From: an uncultured candidate division Zixibacteria bacterium
GTDB lineage: Bacteria > Zixibacteria > MSB-5A5 > RBG-16-43-9
DNA: 64,000 nucleotides
Assembly (NCBI GenBank): GCA_963713865.1
Contig: OY970208.1
Span: 1,280,001-1,344,000 of the forward strand
Direction: 5' to 3'
Positions 29,794 through 44,671 of the stretch are shown in pieces (position 1 is the first letter of the stretch; each line of letters opens with the position of its first letter). The notes beneath the pieces were generated by a model, which was not told where the DNA came from, did not search any database, and saw only the letters and a list, made by a program, of their open reading frames with translations. The position numbers and the translations under genes were made by a program.

Positions 29794-29951
29794 TAATGTC
29801 TGCCTGAAAACGATATTTGAAGGCAGACATTTTTTTCGCTATTAAAAAGACTGCTCTTTGAAAATTAAATAGCGTGCATAGGTTTTGAAGACGATGCGGG
29901 TCTTCGATTTCGAACAATAGAGCCCAAATTCGGGTTCGTTGTATGAGCTTT

Positions 29952-31504
<1,553 letters not shown>

Positions 31505-31670
31505 AAGGAGTAAAAACAGGTGCGTAAAAGATCGAACGCATTGTTCTTTTAGCTTATGCACGCTATCTTAATATTTTTTTATATATGGTGGCCTTTTTGA
31601 CTTATCCGAGAGGCGGATCCTGAGGATAGGTTTACAGCAGAAGCTCAAGAAGGCTGTGAACCCTCGCTGT

Positions 31671-31747
<77 letters not shown>

Positions 31748-31850
31748 GAATAAAAAAATGTAAATGGTTCATAGTGGATAGTTAATGGTACAAAAAAATA
31801 AAAAACTATGAACTAATAACCATTAACTATGAACTAATTGAGGTTGTTCT

Positions 31851-32519
31851 TTGAAATATGATTTCTATGACCGAGAGGAATATTACAAGCCTAAGCTTGC
31901 ACTTAAAGTCAGAAATATTCTTCATAAAAGGCTTCTGAAAAATATTTCTCCACCGGAAGAGGTTCTGGAGATAGGGATAGGTTTTGGCGAATTTGCTCGC
32001 TTCTGCAGAGATAAAAAGATTAAATATTCAGGGATAGAACCTAACTTGAACCTGAGGGAAAAATTAAAAGGAGAAGGTTTTCAGGTTATGGATGGTTCTC
32101 TACCAGTTCTACCGGAGATGGAAAGAAAATATGATCTGGTTTTCCTGGGTCATATTATTGAACATCTAAAAGATTATACTGAAGTCCTTGAATCATTTGA
32201 AAATCTGAAGAAGGTTTTAAAGAATACGGGCTATATTATTCTTCTCTATCCAGAGGTGCCTAAGACTCGATGGTTGTTTTATCACGATTATACTCATTCT
32301 TATCCCACCTCGATTCGAAGGGTGGAGGATCTGTTGAAAGATTCCGGGTATAGGGTGATTGAGAGTCATAATTATGTGAGCTTTATCGTAAAAGGAGCCT
32401 GGTTATTTTATGTCCTGGGTAAGATTTTCCCTTATTTTTTGTTCGGTGAAAAAAAGAGATATTTCTGGCGGTTATCTTTTTCGATGAATTCTTTTACGGT
32501 AGCTCAATTAAAGGTATGA
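31851..32519 (+). CDS. Class I SAM-dependent methyltransferase inside the 16S-23S spacer
   Basis: VLEIGIGFG motif I, GIEPN, HIIEHL, DYTH; TTG start after gagg. Confidence 0.85.
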   Translation: MKYDFYDREEYYKPKLALKVRNILHKRLLKNISPPEEVLEIGIGFGEFARFCRDKKIKYSGIEPNLNLREKLKGEGFQVMDGSLPVLPEMERKYDLVFLGHIIEHLKDYTEVLESFENLKKVLKNTGYIILLYPEVPKTRWLFYHDYTHSYPTSIRRVEDLLKDSGYRVIESHNYVSFIVKGAWLFYVLGKIFPYFLFGEKKRYFWRLSFSMNSFTVAQLKV

Positions 32520-32541
32520 AAATTACGTAAATGGATTTTAC

Positions 32542-32614
32542 GGGGATATAGCTCAACTGGGAGAGCGCCGCCTTTGCAAGGCGGAGGTTACCGGTTCGAT
32601 CCCGGTTATCTCCA
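32542..32614 (+). tRNA. tRNA-Ala(TGC)
   Basis: GGGGATA/TATCTCC acceptor, ccgcc-tttgcaa-ggcgg anticodon arm, GTTCGA. Confidence 0.95.
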
Positions 32615-32629
32615 GAAAATATAAGAAGG

Positions 32630-32914
32630 ATGCATTTCGTATATATAATCCAAAGTTTAATGGATGACAGATACTATACGGGATACACTATAGATTTAAA
32701 AAGGAGATTAGAGAGACATAATTCAGGATACTCAAAGGCGACTAAGAAGAGAAGACCTTTTAAGTTAGTTTATTGTGAGAGTTATCAGAATAAAAGTATA
32801 GCAATAAAAAGAGAGTATTTCCTGAAAGGCAAAATCGGAGGATCAACTAAGAAAAGTTTAGTTGAGAATTTTCCGAAGGAGGAATTGGTAAGGTATTTGA
32901 AGCTGGTAATATAA
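32630..32914 (+). CDS. Small GIY-YIG nuclease (UPF0213-like) inside the 16S-23S spacer
   Basis: FVYIIQS..YYTGYT.DL.RRL.RHN and AIKREYFLK motifs. Confidence 0.88.
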   Translation: MHFVYIIQSLMDDRYYTGYTIDLKRRLERHNSGYSKATKKRRPFKLVYCESYQNKSIAIKREYFLKGKIGGSTKKSLVENFPKEELVRYLKLVI

Positions 32915-32948
32915 TGGGAGAGCGCCGGTTCGATCTCGGTTATCTCCA
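32915..32948 (+). pseudogene. Truncated duplicate of tRNA-Ala lacking the anticodon arm
   Basis: tgggagagcgccg + gttcgatctcggttatctcca matches the D-arm and 3' end of 32542-32614. Confidence 0.8.
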
Positions 32949-33062
32949 AAAAATAGTAGACAGTAGATAGTAGACAGAATATAGGAATTGTTTCATAGAT
33001 ATTTGTTCTTTGACAATTTAATAGAGAATTAGGGTGAGCATCTTTTAGATGCTACAAATTTC

Positions 33063-36112
<3,050 letters not shown>

Positions 36113-36275
36113 GATTAAAATTTTAAACATCTAAAAGTCGCTCCCCTATTCTTTATTTTAAATAAAAGTTCAAACGCTTAAACGCTCAAAAGCTCAAAGG
36201 TTAGTAAATTGGTGTGGTTGTGGTGGACTATGAACTATCCACTAATAACTAAACACTAATTCTCGAAGAGAATTT

Positions 36276-36393
<118 letters not shown>

Positions 36394-36395
36394 GT

Positions 36396-36427
36396 AAATT
36401 TGTCCCGCCGTTGGCGGGACAATTTTG
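36396..36427 (+). terminator. rrn terminator-like hairpin
   Basis: ttgtcccgcc-gtt-ggcgggacaa followed by T-rich sequence. Confidence 0.55.
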
Positions 36428-36791
36428 TTTATGGTAGATGGTTCATAGTTAATAGTATTTCGTAGTGCGACCCTTTTCCTACTAACGGAGACTACGTCTG
36501 CCGTAGGCACCGTAGGATAGGGTCGCTTGTGTTTTGTAGGGTCAGAACAGTGTTCTGTCCTTATTGGGTGTGCATTTCGTAGCGTCCGATCCTCCTGTGG
36601 CGAGATGTCGGATGTTTTTCTGCCTAAATCCCGACTCGAATGAGTTGGGATTTTTTTGTTGACAAAAAAAAGGAAAATCATTATTTATATATCGAAAAAG
36701 GATATTTATATTAAAAGAAGGTTCTACTCACATTGGTAACGAACGGAGCGTCCATGACGAGCAAGAAAGATAAACCTGAGGAAGAAAAGTA

Positions 36792-37265
36792 ATGGAAGAT
36801 TCACGACCTGAAGTTCCTTCACCTGAACAGTCGGTCCAGACCAAAGGAACTGAACCCCCGATTTCACAAGAAGAAATTGCCACCTCTGCCGTGCCGTCCT
36901 CTGGTCGGCGTGCTGCATTCCGGGATATAAGACGCCAACTAACCGACGATGAGTTGTCGAGTACAGGTGTTCAAAAGTTACTCCTCGCCATGCTTGAAGA
37001 GGCGGACACTGATCGTGATAACTTGGAACCGTATGTCAATCTGTATCATGAAGCGGACAAGAAAGCCGCCATACTATCGGAACAGGTGAAAACACAGAAA
37101 ACTGTGGAGATATTCCTCGGTGTTGGAGTTGGCCTAGGCGGTACGATCATCGGATTGACACCTTTCTTTTGGGGAGTCAAAGCGGTGTTTGGTGTCATCA
37201 CGGGATTGGTTGGCCTGGGGTTGATTATCGGAGCAATTGTCGGGAGGAGGATTGTGAAGAAATGA
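36792..37265 (+). CDS. Hypothetical protein, helical N-part plus two C-terminal TM helices
   Basis: ORF track; hydrophobic Gly-rich C-terminus. Confidence 0.7.
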   Translation: MEDSRPEVPSPEQSVQTKGTEPPISQEEIATSAVPSSGRRAAFRDIRRQLTDDELSSTGVQKLLLAMLEEADTDRDNLEPYVNLYHEADKKAAILSEQVKTQKTVEIFLGVGVGLGGTIIGLTPFFWGVKAVFGVITGLVGLGLIIGAIVGRRIVKK

Positions 37266-37621
37266 ATATGCGAATCATCAAGATCCTCGACAATGGAATC
37301 GCGAACAAGGAGCGTCTTTGGATGAAGGTTCTAGCGAACACGAATCTCATGTATTTTATCGTGTTCGATACAACACACACTTCAGACAACACGATTTCTA
37401 ACATCCAACGCCATGCATATTGGTTCAGCCCAAAGGAAGTAAAGGCGGGAGACAACGTGATTCTTTATACGCGACGAGGAACACCAAGCGAGCAACGAAA
37501 CGCTGATGGTTCAACAAATCATTTCTTGTTTTGGGGGTTAGATAAGACCGTCTGGAACAATCAAGGAGATTGCGCAGTTCTTTTCCAAGTCAATTCTTGG
37601 GAGACATCAAAACAAAGTTAA
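37262..37621 (+). CDS. Hypothetical lamin-tail-like beta protein
   Basis: YWF.P.EVKAGD.VILYT..G and FWG...VWNNQGD pattern; ATGA overlap with the upstream gene, RBS ggagg. Confidence 0.6.
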   Translation: MNMRIIKILDNGIANKERLWMKVLANTNLMYFIVFDTTHTSDNTISNIQRHAYWFSPKEVKAGDNVILYTRRGTPSEQRNADGSTNHFLFWGLDKTVWNNQGDCAVLFQVNSWETSKQS

Positions 37622-37625
37622 AGAA

Positions 37626-38021
37626 ATGAAACGAGAAACAAAAGGTAAGGTAATTCTTACCATCTGCACATTAGCGGGTAGCTATCTAATCTCTGCTTTC
37701 TTGGCTCTTTACAAAGTTCCATTCAGTTTTTCAATTCTTTTGGTGGTCATTATAGCAACTTACTTTTTCTGCGACAGGTTTTTTTATGGACTCTTTCGCT
37801 CTCGGCATCATCAATATGGATATTATGCTGTTCAATTCTTAGCATTTTACCTTTACTGTGTTATGCGGACTTCAGCGAATATAGCTACCTCAAACTTATA
37901 TGAAGCCGCAGTATATCACCTGGGTGGTCGAGTTTTTGCTTTACTATTCTTTCTTTACTTAGTGCTTTATATATATTACAAGTTTAGAAAACCTAAGATT
38001 GATAATTACATCAAGTCTTGA
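37626..38021 (+). CDS. Hypothetical membrane protein (~4 TM)
   Basis: Hydrophobic segments throughout 131 aa. Confidence 0.55.
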   Translation: MKRETKGKVILTICTLAGSYLISAFLALYKVPFSFSILLVVIIATYFFCDRFFYGLFRSRHHQYGYYAVQFLAFYLYCVMRTSANIATSNLYEAAVYHLGGRVFALLFFLYLVLYIYYKFRKPKIDNYIKS

Positions 38022-38476
38022 ATTGCCCTAAGCGAATGTTATCGTCCGATTAGTCGTCTCGTTAGCCTTGTAGGGCAGGTGCTTTGTGCACCTGACAAAT
38101 GAATAGTATCAGGGCCACGGGGGTCCTGACCTATGCAACTGATATCTTGCGTACCTGAAAATAAATTGAACTGCCTGTATTCAGGTGGAATTTAGAAGAG
38201 TACGGGCAAAAAGGCTTGACTTTTTATGGTAAATTGATAAAATGGGAAAAAGAGAAGCAACACCTGGTAAATAAGGACAGGTAAAGGTACAATTATAACT
38301 CAGAGATGACAATTTGTCTGTAACTTCTGTCGATAAAAGTGATAAAAAGAAGATATGAAAAATTGAACCATTGGTCCTACCGATGCAAAATAAAGTAAAT
38401 CAAGGTATTGGTGTTTCTTTAGCACAAACGGGTTTTCTCAACCATAAGCAGGATTACCTGATGAAATAGGAGAAAG

Positions 38477-39748
38477 ATGGAAACAGCATTAGTTATAAGT
38501 TTTGTGGGTTTGCTTATATTCCTTGCGCACCTCTTTTCGAAGTTGTTTGAGAAGACCAGGATACCGGATGTTCTTGTACTCGTTCTCGTAGGTCTTTTGG
38601 TCGGTCCTATTACTGGACTTGTCTCTCCAGCAGCTTTTGGAAAAGTAGGTGGTATATTTACGATCATTGCGCTCGTTATCATCCTTTTCGAGAGCGGACT
38701 TGGGTTGACTGTCTCAACTCTGCGTGAGTCAATCCTGCGTGGAATATGGTTAACATTAATTAATTTTGTAACGACAGTCGTGGTCCTGGACGCGCTTTTT
38801 ATTCTAATGTTCAAAATGACCATTCTGGAAAGTCTGATCCTCGGTTCAATTCTTGGAGGGACTTCGTCCGCGATTGTGATTCCCCTGGTAGATAGACTGC
38901 GCCTGCAACAAAGTTCGCGCACGGTACTCATTTTAGAATCAACCTTCAGCGATGTCTTGTGTATAGTGGTCACTCTCGGTTTTATTCAGGCATTTAAGTA
39001 TCATGAACTAAGACCGGGATTGATTCTTGGCCAGATAGTTGCTTCGTTCTTACTTGCAGCTGCCATTGGGGCATTAGCTGCTTTCTTATGGTCGACAGCC
39101 CTCAATCGAGTTCGACAACTGGAGGACAATATCTTCCTAACACCGGCATTTGTTTTCATCGTCTTTGGTTTGGCTGAGCTCTTGGGGTACAGCGGGGCAA
39201 TCTCATCATTGGCGTTTGGCATAGTCCTGGGGAATATTCAAAGCCTACCACTTCCCCTATTGAAAAAACTTACCTTCTTTCAACCCGTAAAGCTAAGCAA
39301 AAGGGAGGAGGCGTTTTTCTCTGAGATCGTTTTTCTCCTTAAGGCTTTCTTTTTTGTGTACATCGGCTTATCCATTCCCCTGACTAACCACCTGCTTCTT
39401 CTGGCAGGTTTGGTATTGACTTTCGTATTGCTTTTAATCCGTATACCCGTAGTGCGATTGGCGTTTGACGCATCCACTACAAAATTTGATGCTTCCATAG
39501 CAACGGTGATGGTACCAAAAGGATTGGCTGCAGCTGTCCTTGCTTCCTTGCCTCTGCAGGCAGGTATAGAAAATGGTACGGTAATGCAGTATATAGTCTA
39601 TGCTATGATTCTTTTGACTATTATTACTACAACCGCGCTTATTTTTCTTATTGACAGAGGAATACTTCATCGATTCTATGCATCCTTATTCTCTAAATAT
39701 GCAGATGAAAACCGTGGACGTCAAGGAACTCGAAATGAAGTCCCATGA
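38477..39748 (+). CDS. Cation:proton antiporter (CPA1/NhaP-like)
   Basis: Multi-TM; ILFESGL, GTSSAIV, LESTFSD and PKGLAAAVLA motifs. Confidence 0.85.
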   Translation: METALVISFVGLLIFLAHLFSKLFEKTRIPDVLVLVLVGLLVGPITGLVSPAAFGKVGGIFTIIALVIILFESGLGLTVSTLRESILRGIWLTLINFVTTVVVLDALFILMFKMTILESLILGSILGGTSSAIVIPLVDRLRLQQSSRTVLILESTFSDVLCIVVTLGFIQAFKYHELRPGLILGQIVASFLLAAAIGALAAFLWSTALNRVRQLEDNIFLTPAFVFIVFGLAELLGYSGAISSLAFGIVLGNIQSLPLPLLKKLTFFQPVKLSKREEAFFSEIVFLLKAFFFVYIGLSIPLTNHLLLLAGLVLTFVLLLIRIPVVRLAFDASTTKFDASIATVMVPKGLAAAVLASLPLQAGIENGTVMQYIVYAMILLTIITTTALIFLIDRGILHRFYASLFSKYADENRGRQGTRNEVP

Positions 39749-39876
39749 TAGCGTGCTTAGATATTTACTTAATCTATCTAATCTCTTAGCAATCTTGCAT
39801 AACCATTAAGTCTCACACGAAATGTCACAAAATATGGTTCATACCTTTTAACATGATATTACTAAGAGGAGGTCTT

Positions 39877-41564
39877 ATGATTTCCAAGAAACACCTTCAA
39901 ATAGCTAGCTTGCCAGTTCTACTGATACTTATACTTGTGATGTGGGTTCCAATCGTACGCGCTCAAGCATCTTCCATACAGGAGAACACCACCAAACTAT
40001 CAGAACCAGCCGGATCGCCGGTTATCTTATCCAGCGATACACTTTTTTTTGTTCGAGCGGGGCTCGGACCGTACACATCGGAACAGCGGGCGAAAAGTAT
40101 AATAGATAGATTGAAGAGGTTGCTAAAAGATCCCCTATTTAGAATCGAGTCAATAAGTATATCCGATGACGAGCTGGGTACGAATGTTCTTGCTGGGGAA
40201 GTGATTATAGCAACAGTTACCGATGCGGATACAAAAGCAGTAGGGTTGACCAGGCAGGAACTGGCGAAGATGTACGCGCAAAAAATTCAGAAAACTATGG
40301 AAAGAGTCAAAACTGAGCACAGCCTAAAAACCATTCTGCTTGGCCTTCTTTTCACTCTGATTTCGATAGCAGTTCTTGTAATTATCTTCAAAATGCTCCA
40401 AAGGTTTTTTCCAAAGATGATCTCAAAACTTGACTCCTGGCGTGGCACGCGCATTAAGACCCTTAAGATTCAAACTCTTGAATTGCTTTCTTCAGACCAA
40501 ATCACAGATCTTCTAATAGGAATAGTCAAAATCATACGCATCTTAGCAATACTACTTGTACTCTATTTCTTCATCCCGCTGGTACTCAGCTTTTTCCCCT
40601 GGACCAGAGGTTTCGGGGGAGTGATCATTGGCTACATACTTTCACCTCTAAATGTCATATGGAAATCATTTGTCGCATATCTTCCCAAGGCATTTTTCAT
40701 CGTTCTTATCGTTATCGTTACACATTATATCCTTAAATTTATTCGACTGATCTTTAATGAGGTGGCGAGGGGAAAGATCGTTTTACCCCGATTCTATCAA
40801 GATTGGGCTGACCCAACTTATAAAATCGTTCGTTTCTTGATAATCGCGTTCGTCATAGTAGTGATCTTTCCTTACCTGCCAGGATCCGATGCACCAGCGT
40901 TCAAAGGAGTATCGATTTTTCTTGGTGTTTTATTCTCGTTGGGTTCTACATCTATCGTGGCAAATATAGTCGCAGGTGTGATTCTGACATACATGCGCCC
41001 CTTTCAGAAAGGCGATCGGGTGAAGATAGCCGATACGGTGGGCGACGTGGAGAAGAAGTCACTCCTTGGAACCCATATTCGCACAATTAAGAACGAGGAT
41101 ATCACAATTCCAAATGCTATGGTGCTTGGAAGTCATATCATTAACTTTAGTTCTTCGAACAGGGATCCGGTCTGATTCTGCATACTACCGTCACCATCGG
41201 CTATGATGCTCCATGGAGAACAGTTCATCAATTGCTTATCTCCGCAGCCAAGAGCACTCCGGGAATCTTGAATCAACCAGAACCTTTTGTGTTGCAGACC
41301 AGTTTAGACGATTCTTATGTCAGCTATCAAATTAATGCATATACCAATGAACCTAACCGGATGGCCGAAATTTATTCGGTCTTACACCAGAACATTCAAG
41401 ATAAATTCAACGAAGAGAAAGTCGAAATCATGTCTCCCCATTACAGGGCAGTCAGAGATGGCAATCAAACGACAATACCTGCGGATTATTTGCCACAAGA
41501 ATATCAAGCGCCTACTTTTAGAATTTTAAAAGTGAATGTAGAAGAATCAGACAAATCAAAATAA
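39877..41564 (+). CDS. MscS-family mechanosensitive channel, frameshifted at ~41168
   Basis: RPFQKGDRVKI and TIPN motifs; continuation GLILHTTVTIGYD...IQDKFNE in another frame. Confidence 0.8.
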
Positions 41565-41579
41565 TTGGAGGAATCAGTT

Positions 41580-42500
41580 ATGGAAGAGTTTGTAAAAAAA
41601 TGGCTGTTCGACCCAACAATTGGACGAGTTGTTCTACTCCTTCTCGGTTTTGTTGTTATAGTTTTTCTAGTCAGCTTCCTTAAACGAAATGTCAATAGAT
41701 ATATACAAGATAAAGATAGTCGCTACAAAACTAAGAAATTTCTGAATTTTGTTGGGTATATCTTAGGATTCAGCCTGATTATAATTATCTATGCCCAGAA
41801 GTTAGGTAGCTTGACCGTCGCTTTAGGTGTGGTGGGGGCGGGGATTGCATTTGCTTTACAGGAAGTGATAGCCAGCGTTGCAGGTTGGATGGCAATTATG
41901 TTTGGAAACTTTTATAGAACCGGTGATCGGATACAGTTAGGCGGCATTAAAGGGGAGGTAATTGATATTGGTGTAATACGAACGACTATTATGGAAATCG
42001 GACAATGGGTAGACGCAGATTTATATAATGGCAGAATTGTCAGAATCGCGAACAGTTTTGTTTTTAAAGAACCCGTGTTCAATTATTCGGCCGATTTTCC
42101 TTTTTTATGGGATGAAATAAAGATTCCGATCAAATACGGAAGTGATTATCAACTTGCCAGGGAAATCTTTTATAATATAGCTCAAGAAGTGGTCGGTGAA
42201 TATGCGAAGTTCGCTAAACAATCCTGGAAGGAAATGGTCAAAAAGTACTTAATTGAAGATGCTATTACCGAACCCCTCGTGACGTTGATTGCGAATGATA
42301 ATTGGGTAGAATTTACTCTACGTTATGTTGTAGACTACAAAAAGCGTAGAAGCACAAAAGATAGGCTCTTCACCCGAATTTTGGAGGAAGCTGGTAAGAC
42401 TGGAGGACAAGTTAGTTTTGCATCAGCCACTTTTCATTTAGTACAGACCCCCGTCATTGATGTCCATCTCTCTCGGGAGAAGGAAGAACCAAAGAATTGA
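41580..42500 (+). CDS. MscS-family mechanosensitive channel
   Basis: GIAFALQE, GDRIQLGGIKGEVIDIG. Confidence 0.88.
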   Translation: MEEFVKKWLFDPTIGRVVLLLLGFVVIVFLVSFLKRNVNRYIQDKDSRYKTKKFLNFVGYILGFSLIIIIYAQKLGSLTVALGVVGAGIAFALQEVIASVAGWMAIMFGNFYRTGDRIQLGGIKGEVIDIGVIRTTIMEIGQWVDADLYNGRIVRIANSFVFKEPVFNYSADFPFLWDEIKIPIKYGSDYQLAREIFYNIAQEVVGEYAKFAKQSWKEMVKKYLIEDAITEPLVTLIANDNWVEFTLRYVVDYKKRRSTKDRLFTRILEEAGKTGGQVSFASATFHLVQTPVIDVHLSREKEEPKN

Positions 42501-42675
42501 ACCAATTGTGGTGGTACGGATACGTTTTCTCTTCTCGAGAAGATGATGGACCAAGTTAGTAGTGACAGAACATTGTTCTGTCACTACAGATCCCCTTTGT
42601 TAGGAGAAAATATTTTATTTACTTGCTCGAAAATCGGTGGACAAATAAAAGATAATATTTTAAGTTTGATCTGTG

Positions 42676-43218
42676 ATGAAATTGAATTACAAAGCAATGG
42701 TCCAGGCTATGACTGAGAATGATTCCGCATACGATGGAAAATTCTATGTGGGGGTGCATTCGACTGGTATTTACTGTCTGCCTTCGTGCAAAGCCAAAAA
42801 GCCAAAAATGGAGAACGTGGTCTTTTATTCTACTCGTGAGGAAGCCATTGCGGTGGGTCTGCGCGGATGTAAGCGGTGTAGATCGGAAAAGTATCCGGAT
42901 GTCCTGCCTGAGTGGCTGCACACCGTCTTGAAATTCATAAGAGAGAACCGAACTGAAAAACTCAACGAAGGCAAACTTACTCAGCTTACCGGTGTGGATA
43001 TATCGACTATTCGGAGATATTTTAAAACCCATCTCGGAATGACTCCCTTGTTTTTCCACCGGAAGATAAGACTAAATCATGCCCGAATATTAATTCAATC
43101 CGGACACAACTATCTTTCAGCCGCTTACGAGTGCGGGTATGAATCGGCAAGCGGTTTTCGTGAGGCATTTGCACGACAGTTTGGTCAACCACCAGGGAGG
43201 TTTTATGCAAAACTGTAG
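42676..43218 (+). CDS. adaA: AdaA-like Zn-binding methylphosphotriester repair protein / AraC-type regulator
   Basis: TGIYCLPSC and GCKRC Cys ligands; C-terminal AraC HTH. Confidence 0.85.
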   Translation: MKLNYKAMVQAMTENDSAYDGKFYVGVHSTGIYCLPSCKAKKPKMENVVFYSTREEAIAVGLRGCKRCRSEKYPDVLPEWLHTVLKFIRENRTEKLNEGKLTQLTGVDISTIRRYFKTHLGMTPLFFHRKIRLNHARILIQSGHNYLSAAYECGYESASGFREAFARQFGQPPGRFYAKL

Positions 43219-43735
43219 GATTTTATTTCGCAATCTGAATAGCCTGCTTGGAGAAATGATAGCGGGTGCAACTGATAAAGGCGTCTGCTTTTTAGAATGG
43301 CATGACCGCGGGGGAGTAGAACGAATTAAACAAAGGGTAGAAAAACGTTACAAAGTTCCATTGGTTAAGGGGAATAGCCAACACTTAGATCAGCTTGAAA
43401 AAGAGCTAATTGATTACTTTAGCGGAAAACTAAAGAAATTTGGGGTAAAAATTAATGTTACTGGCACACCTTTTGAACAAAAGGTATGGGAACAATTACT
43501 TCAGATCCCTTATGGTGAAACCAGGTCATACACTCAGATAGGGAACCGTTTAGGTAAGCCGGGTGCGCGAAGAGCAGTAGGCCGGGCAAACGGGGCTAAC
43601 TATCTTTCTATTGTTATACCCTGCCATCGGGTAATTGAAGCCAACGGAAACCTGCGCGGCTACGGCGGCAAACTCTGGCGAAAGAAATACCTGCTGGAGC
43701 TCGAGGCAGGATTGAAACCGAAGCTCTCAGTATAA
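43205..43735 (+). CDS. adaB: O6-methylguanine-DNA methyltransferase (AdaB-like)
   Basis: GTPFEQKVW and IPCHRVI; overlaps the adaA stop; RBS ggagg. Confidence 0.88.
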   Translation: MQNCRILFRNLNSLLGEMIAGATDKGVCFLEWHDRGGVERIKQRVEKRYKVPLVKGNSQHLDQLEKELIDYFSGKLKKFGVKINVTGTPFEQKVWEQLLQIPYGETRSYTQIGNRLGKPGARRAVGRANGANYLSIVIPCHRVIEANGNLRGYGGKLWRKKYLLELEAGLKPKLSV

Positions 43736-44441
43736 TTTTAGTTCTTTGTTCAAAGTTAGAAACGTCCGACTCCACTATAGATGGATATCAGATTTTTTTG
43801 TTTAGTAGCGCGACCCTTTTCCTATTAACGGATCCGCAGGACAGGATCGCCTGTTTTTTGTAGGGACAGAACAGTGTTCTGTCCTTTTGAATAAACATTT
43901 CGTAGCGTCTGATCCGCCTGTGGTGGATGTCGGACATCTTGTTAATTATATTAACCTCACCCTATCCCTCTCCTATGAGAAGAGGATATCTTGTTGCGCG
44001 ACCCTTTCAGTATCGTCAACGATTTTATATTACTCACGTTGGGCAGTAACGTGGATATACTGATCTTAGAAAAGAGAGGGGATTCGTAGTGCGACCCTTT
44101 CAGGGTCGCCAGAGTTTTTATATAACCCACATTGAGGGCAATGTGGGTATACCAATTTAAAACCTCTCCCTATCTTTCTCCTTAGAAAGAAGTAGGGAAA
44201 TGTCTTGCGATCATTTTAACGGTCATCTTTTTCTCTGTAATTGCTCGATTTATTGAATCTTATCTTACGGATCACTTTCGGGACAGATACTTTTCTCGGA
44301 CAAAAAATGCCCAGTGAATTAGACAATCAAATATCAATTTCCTTGTCTTTCTGTCCAGAATTTGAACAACCATCTCAATTTGGATAACCTTAAGAGTAAC
44401 AAAAACTTAGTATGATGTTTGTCCCGAGAAAAACTCCTTGC

Positions 44442-44580
44442 TGTCAAGGAAATGGACATTTTAGTAAAGGCAGAAAATATTTCCAACTAAAATATGCTCA
44501 GTAATCTGCTCATAACTTCAACCAAATAAAGAAGATAAAAAAGATATCTTTTTAAGGTGCCCTTTGGTATATGAGTTGCT
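44442..44580 (+). promoter_or_regulatory. Sigma54 promoter with upstream TGT-N11-ACA enhancer-like site for the PEP-CTERM gene
   Basis: tGGtatatgagttGCt (GG-N10-GC) ending at 44580; tgtcaaggaaatggaca at 44442-44458; second site at 44352-44368. Confidence 0.6.
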
Positions 44581-44671
44581 TAAAATATAATAGAATTATT
44601 ATTTCGAGGTCTTGGAAAATTAAAGAAATTAAACAATTAATTTTTAAACCGCTGCAGGAGGTGAAAGAAAA

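Noticed and set aside
29220-29917. ORFs 29220-29525, 29575-29772, 29648-29917
   Set aside because: They overlap tRNA-Thr, repeats and rrn promoters.
38419-39670. Antisense ORFs over the antiporter (and similar ones over uvrC, M16, emrB)
   Set aside because: Shadow frames of well-supported genes on the opposite strand.
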